Below, in pieces: positions 47,702 through 56,722 of a DNA stretch of 64,000 nucleotides (its first letter is position 1; every line of letters begins with the position of its first letter). A model generated the notes under the pieces. The model was not told the DNA's origin, ran no database searches, and saw only the letters and a list, made by a program, of their open reading frames with translations. Origin of the DNA: Candidatus Poribacteria bacterium (GTDB lineage Bacteria; Poribacteria; WGA-4E; WGA-3G); the NCBI GenBank assembly GCA_963664215.1, contig OY761015.1, one strand, 5' to 3'. The position numbers and the translations under genes are program-made.

Positions 47702-48478
47702 ATGAAAATAACGGCAACTTTGTCGGTTATTTTGCCTATACTGTTGATACTGTTGTCGGCCGCTCTTCTTTCTTCATGTTCGCGCGAAGAAACGGATACA
47801 ACCCCTGATCCAGTTATACCAGTCCCTGATCCAGTTATACCAGTCCCTGATCCAGTTATTATGGATCAGGACATAGGGCAGAATATAGAGGAAGAGATTG
47901 TCGCAGATTTTACCGTGACACTCGGCACCCATGCGGATGGTGAGGCACTACTTGGTTCACTGACCAAAAATCATTTCAGAGTGAGCAAATGGTCGATGCA
48001 GGCACTTACCCATCGGGATTTTCCTGTTGAGAAAGAAGAGCGGCAGGTTGATGTTATTGTGATGAGCCTTTTAGAAATGGGTTTCCTTCAGGATGAGTTG
48101 GCGTCCCTTGATACCATTATCAAGCGGGCGAAGAAACTCGGGTTTGAAGTATGCACACCTGAGCTTGCCGCGCAGTTTCGGCTGCAGTATACCGACCAGC
48201 CTGACTGGTCAACAGGCGACCGTCTCGGTCAGTTTTTTGTGGCGACTGAAGGGATTGATCTGTATGAAGATGGTGTACGGAAAATCTTCAGTCTTGTCAG
48301 GGACGATGAGTTCCCGCACAAAGAAACCGGTATCGGCTTGTGGCTGATTTCCAACAATGTCGTGGACGCCGCCGATCCAGACCACCGCGCCCGGCTCTTC
48401 AACCCAGCCGATCAAAATGGGGACGACCTTGGCGGACGCTTCGCTTTCATTCTCCCAACGATGAATGATGAAGAATGA
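47702..48478 (+). CDS. Lipoprotein with a tandem PDPVIPV repeat.
   Basis: Lipobox 'LLSSCS'. 21-bp DNA repeat x2.7 (CCTGATCCAGTTATACCAGTC). Ends TGA TGA. Confidence 0.5.
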   Translation: MKITATLSVILPILLILLSAALLSSCSREETDTTPDPVIPVPDPVIPVPDPVIMDQDIGQNIEEEIVADFTVTLGTHADGEALLGSLTKNHFRVSKWSMQALTHRDFPVEKEERQVDVIVMSLLEMGFLQDELASLDTIIKRAKKLGFEVCTPELAAQFRLQYTDQPDWSTGDRLGQFFVATEGIDLYEDGVRKIFSLVRDDEFPHKETGIGLWLISNNVVDAADPDHRARLFNPADQNGDDLGGRFAFILPTMNDEE

Positions 48479-48615
48479 TGAAAAAATTTATGGGTCTTTG
48501 CTCTACATGTGGAACGATGCACAAAAACTTAATATAGTAAAGCCCGTAATTACTTTTACACCATAACCGTAGCCCGTAAGCGTAGCGGAGGGCGGATCTA
48601 CGTGAAGTCAGGTTC

Positions 48616-49752
48616 ATGCTCCGAACCCACCTCACCGACCCGCAAGGTATAATTAAAATACTTTATGTCATTGATTCCATGACAAAGGACGGTGCCGAAT
48701 CGCAGTTGCTCAAGACCTTGGATCAGTTGCCACCGGAGCAGTATGAAGTGTCCGTTGTGCTGAGTCGTGCCGAAGGAGAACGCGTCCGAGAACTCGCCGC
48801 ACTGCCCTGTGTACGGGACGTTGCAACACTCGCAGGTGACAGCAGGCGCATGCGGTTGCTCGACAAGGCGTTTGCACTCGGTGGGATCGTCAACGCAGTT
48901 GAACCCGACATCGTGCATAGTTGGTTGTGGTATTCCAATTTCCTCTGTGGACTCTCCCGTAAATTCGGGCTGTGGCGACAAGTACCGTTCATCGCTTCAC
49001 AACGCGGCGACTACCATGCGAGATACGGAAAGTTTCGGCTCTATCTGACAGAAAAACTCATCTACAATACCGCCGATGTCCTGCTGACGAACGCAGTGCA
49101 GATCCAACGACACCTCCACGAGCGGTACCCAGACAAAAACATTGTGAGCATCCCGAATCTATTGGAATTGCCGACCGAGGCATGGTCTCAGCAACGTCCA
49201 GATGATACCGAAGAGAAGTCAATAATAAGCGTCGGACGGTTCGCACCTGAAAAAGGGCATCGGTATCTAATTGAGGCACTCAACGCTTTGAATCGAGAAG
49301 AGGTCGCATGGCGATGTACGTTTCTCGGTGAGGGTGATCTGGAAGCGGAACTCCGAGCACTCACAGAGGCGTATGGGCTTTCAGAGAGGGTAGCATTCCC
49401 TGGTTTTTGTGAGGATGTCTTTTCTGTGCTTTTAACGGCGGATGTCTTTGTGCTTCCATCGCTACACGAGAGTTCACCGAATGCGTTGATTGAGGCGATG
49501 GGGATCGGGATGCCGTGCATTGCGTCAAATGTCGGCGGTATCGTAGATTTGATTGAGGATGGAAAGAACGGACTCCGAATCCCGCCACAAGATCCGGCAG
49601 CGTTGACGTCAGCATTGCATCGGGTCTTGACAGAACCTAACTTCGCGAGTGAGTTGGGTAAAAACGCACGCACAACAATTCAGCAGAAATTTGACAGTGA
49701 GACATCTATTCGCAAATTGGAAGAAATTTATTCACGCTTATTTAGCAATTAG
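48616..49752 (+). CDS. Glycosyltransferase family 4 (GT4).
   Basis: N-terminal 'KILYVIDSMTKDGAESQLLKTL' and C-terminal 'EGDLEAELRALTEAYGLSERVAFPGF...PSLHESSPNALIEAMGIGMPCIASNVGG' (E-x7-E region). Start uncertain, between 48616 and 48679. Confidence 0.8.
   Translation: MLRTHLTDPQGIIKILYVIDSMTKDGAESQLLKTLDQLPPEQYEVSVVLSRAEGERVRELAALPCVRDVATLAGDSRRMRLLDKAFALGGIVNAVEPDIVHSWLWYSNFLCGLSRKFGLWRQVPFIASQRGDYHARYGKFRLYLTEKLIYNTADVLLTNAVQIQRHLHERYPDKNIVSIPNLLELPTEAWSQQRPDDTEEKSIISVGRFAPEKGHRYLIEALNALNREEVAWRCTFLGEGDLEAELRALTEAYGLSERVAFPGFCEDVFSVLLTADVFVLPSLHESSPNALIEAMGIGMPCIASNVGGIVDLIEDGKNGLRIPPQDPAALTSALHRVLTEPNFASELGKNARTTIQQKFDSETSIRKLEEIYSRLFSN
48635..48660 (+). promoter_or_regulatory. Third copy of the CCGACCCGCAAGGTATAATTAAAA motif, at or within the 5' end of the GT4 gene.
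   Basis: Seen directly. The same motif lies upstream of the MoxR and DUF58 genes. Confidence 0.4.
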
Positions 49753-50030
49753 TAGGTCGGGTAGAGCATAGCGAAACCCGACACGTCCAATATACGTCGT
49801 AGGTCGGGTAGAGCGTAGCGAAACCCGACACATCCAATACAGAGCGAAACCCGACACATCCAATACACGTCGTAGGTCGGGTAGAGCGTAGCGAAACCCG
49901 ACGTTCTATAAATAGCGTGATCGAAACCCGACACACCCAATACACGTTGTAGGTCGGGTAGAACGTAGTGAAACCCGACGTTCTATAGATATCGTATCGA
50001 AACCCGACACACCCGAAAATACAAATAAAG
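49752..50030. repeat. REP array, family C: four full copies of GTAGGTCGGGTAGAGCGTAGCGAAACCCGAC interleaved with half-units (AGCGAAACCCGACACATCCAATAC), immediately upstream of the RAYT gene.
   Basis: Seen directly. Each unit is a GTCGGGT...ACCCGAC hairpin. Confidence 0.85.
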
Positions 50031-50039
50031 GCAATACAC

Positions 50040-50582
50040 ATGAGATATCGCCGTTCAAGAATCGAAGGCGCAACATACTTCTTCACTGTTAACACCCACA
50101 ATAGGAGACGTTTCCTGTGTATCCCGGAAAATGTAGAATTACTACGACAAGCATTTCGGCATACCTTGCAGCGACATCCAACACAAATTGAGGCTATTGT
50201 TTTGCTTCCTGATCACTTGCACTGCATCTGGACTTTACCTGAAGACGATGATAATTACTCAATGCGGTGGCGATTGATCAAGAGATTTTTCAGTCGTCAT
50301 TGCCAAGACGAGTACGAAGGCATTGTTTCCAAATCGCGACAAAGCAAACGAGAGCGCGCTTTTTGGCAACGCAAATTTTGGGAACACACGATCCGAGACA
50401 GTCGTGATTTTATCAAACATGTTGAATACATACATTACAATCCGGTTAAACACGGTTTAGTGGCCGCTCCAAAGGATTGGAAATATTCCAGTTTCCATCG
50501 TTATGTCAAATCGGGTTTATACGATGAAATGTGGGGGACGAGTGAAGAAATTGTGTTTGATTCCGATATCGGTAATGAATAA
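50040..50582 (+). CDS. REP-associated tyrosine transposase (RAYT; IS200/IS605-like Y1 HUH transposase).
   Basis: 'YFFTVNTHNRRRFL', HuH motif 'LPDHLHCIW', catalytic Tyr region 'YIHYNPVKHGLV'. 180 aa. Flanked by REPs in inverted orientation. Confidence 0.8.
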   Translation: MRYRRSRIEGATYFFTVNTHNRRRFLCIPENVELLRQAFRHTLQRHPTQIEAIVLLPDHLHCIWTLPEDDDNYSMRWRLIKRFFSRHCQDEYEGIVSKSRQSKRERAFWQRKFWEHTIRDSRDFIKHVEYIHYNPVKHGLVAAPKDWKYSSFHRYVKSGLYDEMWGTSEEIVFDSDIGNE

Positions 50583-50594
50583 ATCAGTCTTTTT

Positions 50595-50625
50595 GTCGGG
50601 TTTCGCTTTGCTCTACCCGACCTAC
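50595..50625. repeat. Inverted REP family C copy (GTCGGGTTTCGCTTTGCTCTACCCGACCTAC) downstream of the RAYT gene.
   Basis: Reverse complement of the upstream REP unit. Confidence 0.85.
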
Positions 50626-50654
50626 TGGGCATCGAGTTGAAAATTAAGAAATAA

Positions 50655-51542
50655 ATGCGTAATTTTCTTAAGAATCTCATGGCGATTTTTATTTCTCTGT
50701 CGGGGATGCCGTTTCTTATCCGTGAGTGGATAGGGCGGCATCGGGTGGCGATCCTCCTGTATCACGACCCGAAACCGGCGATTTTCGCGAAACAGATCGC
50801 CTATCTCTCGCGCCATTACACGATGATCCCACTCGATACCCTCGTCTCGGCACTCCACCGAAAGGACTTCTCGCAGGTCCCTCCAAAAAGTGTTGTAATT
50901 ACAATCGACGACGGACACGTCGGTAATGCTGCACTCCTACCGATTTTCAAGCAGTACCACATTCGTCCGACGCTCTACGTCTGCACGCAGATCGTTGACA
51001 CGCACCGACATTTCTGGTTCAAGATAGAGGGACACTCTAAAGCAGAGAAAGAGAGGCTGAAAAGGCTACCAAACGCCGAACGATTGGCGTGCCTCAAGAA
51101 AACAACTGACTTTGAACCTGAAAAGCCCTATCCAGATAGGCAGGCACTCAATATAACGGAAATGCAAGCGATGGCAGAGAGCGTTGATTTTCAACCGCAT
51201 ACCCAATTCCATCCGGTCCTACCGTGCTGTACGGAGACGGAGTGTAGACGAGAGGTGCTTGAGAGCAAAACGGATTTAGAGGTGCTTTTAGGGATTGAAT
51301 GTTCCCATTTCGGTTACCCAAACGGCGATTATACCCAACGCGAGGTTGAGATTGTGAAATCAGGTGGATTCCGATCGGCGCGCACGACGGATATTGGATG
51401 GAATACAGCGGAAACACCACTGTATCAACTGAAGGCGATTCCTATCACCGATGACGCTGGACTGATCCTTTTCCGCGCTGAACTCACGACGATTCCCCAA
51501 CGCCTCAGCAGATGGGTGAATTTTTTATTCCGAGGAAGATAG
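50655..51542 (+). CDS. Polysaccharide deacetylase (NodB/CE4 family).
   Basis: 'VVITIDDGHVGN', 'RPTLYVCT', 'HTQFHPVL', 'FGYPNGDY'. Confidence 0.8.
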   Translation: MRNFLKNLMAIFISLSGMPFLIREWIGRHRVAILLYHDPKPAIFAKQIAYLSRHYTMIPLDTLVSALHRKDFSQVPPKSVVITIDDGHVGNAALLPIFKQYHIRPTLYVCTQIVDTHRHFWFKIEGHSKAEKERLKRLPNAERLACLKKTTDFEPEKPYPDRQALNITEMQAMAESVDFQPHTQFHPVLPCCTETECRREVLESKTDLEVLLGIECSHFGYPNGDYTQREVEIVKSGGFRSARTTDIGWNTAETPLYQLKAIPITDDAGLILFRAELTTIPQRLSRWVNFLFRGR

Positions 51543-51543
51543 A

Positions 51544-52227
51544 TTGACGAAATGGCACCGTGCCTACATCCAGAACGCTTATCGTGAGTTAGAACGGGGC
51601 ATAACACGGCAGCAACTCGATACTTTGAACATCAATGCGACCGGTAAAAGGGTGTTAGATGTCGGCTGTGGACCGGGGAATCTGCTTGTCGCGCTCTCCA
51701 CCGATACGCCAGAGTTCCTTGTGGGTGTTGATGTGGACGCGTTTTTCTTGGTGTCGGGACGTTCTCAAATCGGGGAGTTCATGGAGCCGTCTGCTACAGA
51801 TCCTGACTTGCTGCGTGCGGCACTTCCAACCCTACCTTTTGCAGATGCGTCTTTTGATCTCGTAACCTGCTTTCTCGTCATGCCGCATGTTCCTGACGAT
51901 AGAATTGCTTTAACGGAGCTTGCCCGGGTCTTGAAACCGGGCGGCACCCTCGCCATTTCTGGACACGGGTTCGGGTTTCCGCTTCGGTATCTCAAACGCT
52001 TCAGACTGAAACCGCTGCAGATGTATCTCGCCAGTCTCATTTATGGATGCACTGGGAAAAAGTGGATTCGCAACACACTGCAAAACGATAGAAAGATCTG
52101 CGACACCTTAGAAGGTATCGGTGTGGTGCCAGAGATACGGCACTACAATAGAAAGGTACTTGGATGCGTCGCGACCTACTGGATTAAGGCGATTAAGAGT
52201 GAAACTAACCCTAAAGCGACGCAGTAG
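51544..52227 (+). CDS. Class I SAM-dependent methyltransferase.
   Basis: Motif I 'VLDVGCGPGNL', 'LKPGGTLAISG'. Start is probably TTG 51544. Confidence 0.7.
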   Translation: MTKWHRAYIQNAYRELERGITRQQLDTLNINATGKRVLDVGCGPGNLLVALSTDTPEFLVGVDVDAFFLVSGRSQIGEFMEPSATDPDLLRAALPTLPFADASFDLVTCFLVMPHVPDDRIALTELARVLKPGGTLAISGHGFGFPLRYLKRFRLKPLQMYLASLIYGCTGKKWIRNTLQNDRKICDTLEGIGVVPEIRHYNRKVLGCVATYWIKAIKSETNPKATQ

Positions 52228-53015
52228 TAAGAGAACACCGAGAATTTGCCGCGGTTCAGTACCACTAACAGAAACCGCAAGGCGACATAGCCGACGATAA
52301 ACGAGGCGAGCATCCCCGCGCCGACAATGTGAAGTGGGATCGCCGTGTCTCCGAGGTCTCGGATTTTGAGCGCCACCGCACCGAGTATCGCCGGAATTGA
52401 GAGTAGGAACGAGTATTCCGCGGCGGTTTTTGCAGGGATCCCTAAGAAGAGTGCCAACGAGATCGTCGTGCCGGAACGCGATATGCCTGGCGTAATTGCG
52501 CAGCCTTGTGCGATGCCGATGAGCGGCGCGTGCCACGCCTTCAACGTCCTGATTGCGTCGTCACGGGTATCCGTTTCTTCTCTGCGAAGTCGCGGGAGTT
52601 GGAGAATAACACCAGTAAGGATTAACATGACACTCACGAGACGTACCTCATCGAAAAAAGACTCCAACTGAGTCTTGAAGACCACTGCGATAATCCCTGT
52701 TGGAACAGAACCGAGGAGTATTAACCATATAAACTTCAGCTCTGCCGATGTGTTGAGCGTTGCCTTCGGTTGTCGCCAGAATTGGGTATTCCCCAGCGCG
52801 GAAAGTCCGCCGATGGCTAACCTCCCGATCGCATCACGATACGCCACAAGCACTGCGGCTAATGTGCCGACGTGAAGCATTACATCAAAAAAGACGAGGG
52901 GTTCCTTCAGTCCGAGAAACTGCTGTGCCAAGACGAGATGTCCTGAGCTACTGACGGGTAGGAATTCGGTTAAGCCTTGTAAAATCCCAAGAAGAATCGC
53001 TTCAAGAAATGTCAT
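52176..53015 (-). CDS. uppP: Undecaprenyl-diphosphate phosphatase UppP/BacA.
   Basis: 'ILLGILQGLTEFLPVSSSGHLVL', 'GISRSGTTISLALFLG'. Confidence 0.9.
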   Translation of the reverse strand: MTFLEAILLGILQGLTEFLPVSSSGHLVLAQQFLGLKEPLVFFDVMLHVGTLAAVLVAYRDAIGRLAIGGLSALGNTQFWRQPKATLNTSAELKFIWLILLGSVPTGIIAVVFKTQLESFFDEVRLVSVMLILTGVILQLPRLRREETDTRDDAIRTLKAWHAPLIGIAQGCAITPGISRSGTTISLALFLGIPAKTAAEYSFLLSIPAILGAVALKIRDLGDTAIPLHIVGAGMLASFIVGYVALRFLLVVLNRGKFSVFSYYCVALGLVSLLIALIQ

Positions 53016-53155
53016 GGGGGTATTGTAGCACGCAAGACCTTCACTTTCAAGTCAAATTTACATCTTCTACTTGATATAATTCTCGGAGGGGTGTATAATG
53101 CATTAACGGTGTTCCAGCTTTGTGTTAAAATTCTTGTTAAAACCCTTGGGGGGAA

Positions 53156-53938
53156 ATGAAAATGCGTAAAAATCTATTCCTGTTGGGGCTTATAGCAATG
53201 TGTGTATTTGCGGTGAGTCTCTCGGACGCTTTCGAGGAAGAGGATATCCTCGTCTATTACTCTTTTGACAAGTTGAGTGGTACGAAAGTCAGCGATGATT
53301 CTGGCAACGGGAACGATGCAGAATTGGTCGGAAAGGGTTCGTTGACTGATGGGGCGTTCAATAAAGCCATCCATTTGAACGGTGGTGTCGTTGTCATGGA
53401 ACAGAACGACTTTATCGTTCCAATCGGTGAGAAAACAGAGATCACAATGGAAGCGTGGTTTTTCCTGAATCAACACGCCTCTTATGATGGGATTATCTCC
53501 ATTGAAGCTGCGGCGGGTGGCTGTTGCGAGTTCCGCACGATGGTCGACCCCAGTTTCAATCCATTCTGGGATGCCGGACATCACGCCGACAAGAAGCTCG
53601 CAAACTTCAAATTCGAATTGAAAGAGTGGTACCACTACGTTTTGGTTGCCGATGGAAAAGATGGCAAAATCTATGTCAACGGTAAATTTATCGGTGAGGT
53701 CCCAGAGAATTTCAAGTGGCCCAAGTTCAAAGAAGCAGCGATCTACATCGGGGCAGGCGAAAATCCGAACCTCCACAAAGTCGAAGATGCGATTATTGAT
53801 GAAGTCGTCATATACGCAGCGGCGTTGACTGAAGAAGAGGTTAAGGAGAATATGGATCTGAGTATACCGGTCGTACTTGCCGTTGAAGCGCGCGACAAGT
53901 TGGCGACGACATGGGGCGAGTTGAAAACCGATTTCTAA
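53156..53938 (+). CDS. Secreted LamG-like protein, paralog of 14681-15481.
   Basis: Signal peptide. 'EDILVYYSFDKLSG', 'EWYHYVLVADGKDGKIYVNGK', 'IDEVVIYAAALTEEEVKENM' align with the first copy. Confidence 0.6.
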   Translation: MKMRKNLFLLGLIAMCVFAVSLSDAFEEEDILVYYSFDKLSGTKVSDDSGNGNDAELVGKGSLTDGAFNKAIHLNGGVVVMEQNDFIVPIGEKTEITMEAWFFLNQHASYDGIISIEAAAGGCCEFRTMVDPSFNPFWDAGHHADKKLANFKFELKEWYHYVLVADGKDGKIYVNGKFIGEVPENFKWPKFKEAAIYIGAGENPNLHKVEDAIIDEVVIYAAALTEEEVKENMDLSIPVVLAVEARDKLATTWGELKTDF

Positions 53939-54083
53939 AATAATGTGTAGGACGAGGCACTACCACCTCAGCGGAAGCACGCAATTACGATGCTCTACAG
54001 AGGCACGCCATCACGATGATTGTGATCGCGTGCCCTCTGAATGATGGCGGACTTCCGAAGCCCTACACCCATTCGGAGGTGCT

Positions 54084-54488
54084 ATGAAATTAGGATTCCT
54101 GTCAAGATTTTTTGAAGGCGCGTTGAGTATCGAAAAAACATATAACCAGTGCGATAAGGCACTGAGCGACCTAAAAGCCTACAACGAAAAACGCCAAGAA
54201 GCCGGGTTTCGTATCTCAGATGCGGACAAAGCAGAATTGGACGAAGTTGTCGATATTGCTATCACAAACGCGACCCGTATCATTGACAAAGAAGGTGAAC
54301 GGAATTGGCCCGGTGTGTTTCGAGAAATGCACACGAATTTAGCGAAACTCTATTTGGAACTTGACGAACACGATAAGGTCCGAGCCGCCTGTGAACGTCT
54401 CCAAGACTATGGCGAAACCGGTAGACTGGATGCCGATGAGGTGCTGGAGAGTCTCAAGGAGAAAGAGGAAGGCGAGAGCGCGTCTTAA
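54084..54488 (+). CDS. Hypothetical small acidic protein (134 aa).
   Basis: Clean ORF in a gap between genes. No recognisable motif. Confidence 0.35.
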   Translation: MKLGFLSRFFEGALSIEKTYNQCDKALSDLKAYNEKRQEAGFRISDADKAELDEVVDIAITNATRIIDKEGERNWPGVFREMHTNLAKLYLELDEHDKVRAACERLQDYGETGRLDADEVLESLKEKEEGESAS

Positions 54489-54740
54489 CCCCAAGTTTAA
54501 TTTCGTAGGGGTAGGGTTTCCCCGCCCGATATACTGTGTTTACTTTCTGGAAGGATTCCCTTCTGTTTCTCGGGAACAGGCGATCGCGTTTTTAGACCTC
54601 GCATTGACCATAACCGTCGGTGTCCCGCCTGGCTAAGATTGTTTCAGAACATGATGCGTATCCTATAAACCCGGACAGGTACTCCACGTGACCGTTCGCA
54701 CGTAACCTATTTGCCGGTAGTGGAGACTGCGGAGGCGAAA

Positions 54741-56642
54741 ATGCAATTCCTGAACCCTGCCGCCTTTTATCTGCTCGGTGTTATTCCGATTGTGGTGGCA
54801 CTTCACTTTCTGAAATTGCGCCGCCACACCCATCTCGTTCCCAGTATTATGTTTTGGCTCTCCACTGACGAAGACCGGAGAGCGAATGTCCCCTTCCAAC
54901 GACTCCGCAACCTACTCCTCCCACTGCTACAAGTGCTGTTTTTGTTACTCCTGATCTTCAGCGTCGCGCGTCCCGCCCTCCGTAAACCCGGATTTATGCC
55001 CGGCAAAGCGATTCTTATCGTTGATAATTCCGCGAGCATGTCGTCAAAAGAGACCGGACAAACCCGACTCACACTCGCGAAACAGGGGGCACAGCAGTAC
55101 ATTCAAGAGGTGTCTGCGAGGGGCGGGATGATGCTCATGGTGACGAATTCCCCTGAAACCTATATCCAACACGCCTTTACAACGGATACCTCGAAACTCC
55201 ACCAAGCGATAGAGACTATCGCTCAGACCCATACCCCGCGTAATCTCCGTCCCGTGTTTGATGCCGCAACACGTTATGCGGATTCGCCGCAAGACAAGAT
55301 CGTCTTTATCAGTGGGACGTTTGAAAACATACCCGATATATCGCTACCGGTGCAAGAAATCGGAGTCGGTGGGAGTGCGGAGAATATCGGTATCGTTCGG
55401 TTCAGCGTTGAAATGTTAGACGGACGTTATGAGGTTCTCATCGGCATTCAAAATTTCACGGATACATCCACGGAATTAGACGTTCAATTGCTGGTGGAGA
55501 ATGTTCCTCTCGATGATAGAACGGTGTCAATTCCGCCGAATGAAACCAAATCAATCCTGTTTTCAGGGGATCCGAGCGGCTTAGAGGGAAAAGTGCTGAG
55601 CGGACACCTTGATATAGATGACGACTTTCCGTTGGATGACAGTGCTTGGGCACTCCTGTCTGCTATCCCGCAACTGCGGATTCTGCTTGTGAGTGACAAT
55701 CGAAAATCGTTGCTACCCGATCTTTTGAAATCTTATGGCGAGCACGTGAAATTATATGTGGTTGACCCGTCGGACTATCACGGCATTGCCGACGCGGATG
55801 TCGCAATTTTCGATGGTAGCACGTTCACCGGGCGCCAAGCTTTCGGAAATTTCGCTGAGACTGCCTCCGGATCGCATCTGGTTTTCATCGCACCCCGAAA
55901 TAACCTGCCTTACATCCAAGAAAACGCGTCGCTTGTTGAGACGGAGAGGACGCCTGTGCGCGTGATTAAGGAGGATGGAAATCACCCGCTCATGGAGAAT
56001 GTATCGCTGCGGGGACTACGGGTCAGTGAGTCTATGCACCGAGCGTTACCACTCTGGGGGCATTCGCTTGTTGAGACGGAGAAAGGGACGTTGATATGGC
56101 TCGGTAGCAGAGCGGACACCAGGCTCCTTGTTTTCGAGTTTGATGCGTTTAACCCCGAAATCTCTACCTTTGCGCTGACTGTCCCCGATGGACCGCAATT
56201 CGTCTATCAGTGTTTGGCGTGGCTTGAAGCCGGGACTGCTCCGTTGCAGCCGCGCCAGTCTCAAGAGAGTGGAACTCGGCACGCCTTCCGAACCGGAGAA
56301 CAGGTGCGCGTCGCGTTGCCACTTGACGGACGCACGCTTCACGTGCAGAGGCCTGATGAAACAACGGTTCAATTGGCGAATTCAGTGTTTACGGGGACGG
56401 ATCAGGTCGGGATCTATAGCCTTCTTGATGGTGATGTCCCGCTTGAGCGGTTCACTGTCAATCTGCTGAACGCGACGGAATCCGCACTCTCGCATTCTTC
56501 AACAGCATTGGTTACCGAGGCTTCGCTGGCGATAGTAGATGGATTGCAACCGATGGTGCAGGAGATATGGCGGTGGTTCGCACTTTCGGCGTTCCTGCTC
56601 CTCCTTTTGGAGTGGTGGTTTTACCATCGGAGTAGCGTGTAA
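54741..56642 (+). CDS. BatA-like aerotolerance-type protein: N-terminal double-TM domain plus vWA domain.
   Basis: 'MQFLNPAAFYLLGVIPIVVALHFLKLRR' (N-terminal double-TM domain family), vWA MIDAS 'ILIVDNSASMS'. Start at ATG 54741 with a GGAGG RBS. Confidence 0.7.
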   Translation: MQFLNPAAFYLLGVIPIVVALHFLKLRRHTHLVPSIMFWLSTDEDRRANVPFQRLRNLLLPLLQVLFLLLLIFSVARPALRKPGFMPGKAILIVDNSASMSSKETGQTRLTLAKQGAQQYIQEVSARGGMMLMVTNSPETYIQHAFTTDTSKLHQAIETIAQTHTPRNLRPVFDAATRYADSPQDKIVFISGTFENIPDISLPVQEIGVGGSAENIGIVRFSVEMLDGRYEVLIGIQNFTDTSTELDVQLLVENVPLDDRTVSIPPNETKSILFSGDPSGLEGKVLSGHLDIDDDFPLDDSAWALLSAIPQLRILLVSDNRKSLLPDLLKSYGEHVKLYVVDPSDYHGIADADVAIFDGSTFTGRQAFGNFAETASGSHLVFIAPRNNLPYIQENASLVETERTPVRVIKEDGNHPLMENVSLRGLRVSESMHRALPLWGHSLVETEKGTLIWLGSRADTRLLVFEFDAFNPEISTFALTVPDGPQFVYQCLAWLEAGTAPLQPRQSQESGTRHAFRTGEQVRVALPLDGRTLHVQRPDETTVQLANSVFTGTDQVGIYSLLDGDVPLERFTVNLLNATESALSHSSTALVTEASLAIVDGLQPMVQEIWRWFALSAFLLLLLEWWFYHRSSV

Positions 56643-56654
56643 TAGAAAATGAAA

Positions 56655-56684
56655 ACGGGCGGATACAGATATCCGCCCTTAGAT
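56655..56684. terminator. Bidirectional terminator hairpin GGGCGGATAcagATATCCGCCC between convergent genes.
   Basis: Seen directly. Confidence 0.6.
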
Positions 56685-56722
56685 TTAGTGACATTCAATT
56701 GAATGCCTACTATTTCCCTTAA

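Noticed and set aside
49752-50030. CRISPR array (about 31-bp repeats with 16-45-bp spacers).
   Set aside because: Only four full units. The 'spacers' themselves contain half-repeats. The unit is a GTCGGGT..ACCCGAC hairpin that recurs singly at 38688 and inverted at 50595. The adjacent gene is a RAYT, not cas. This is a REP/BIME array.
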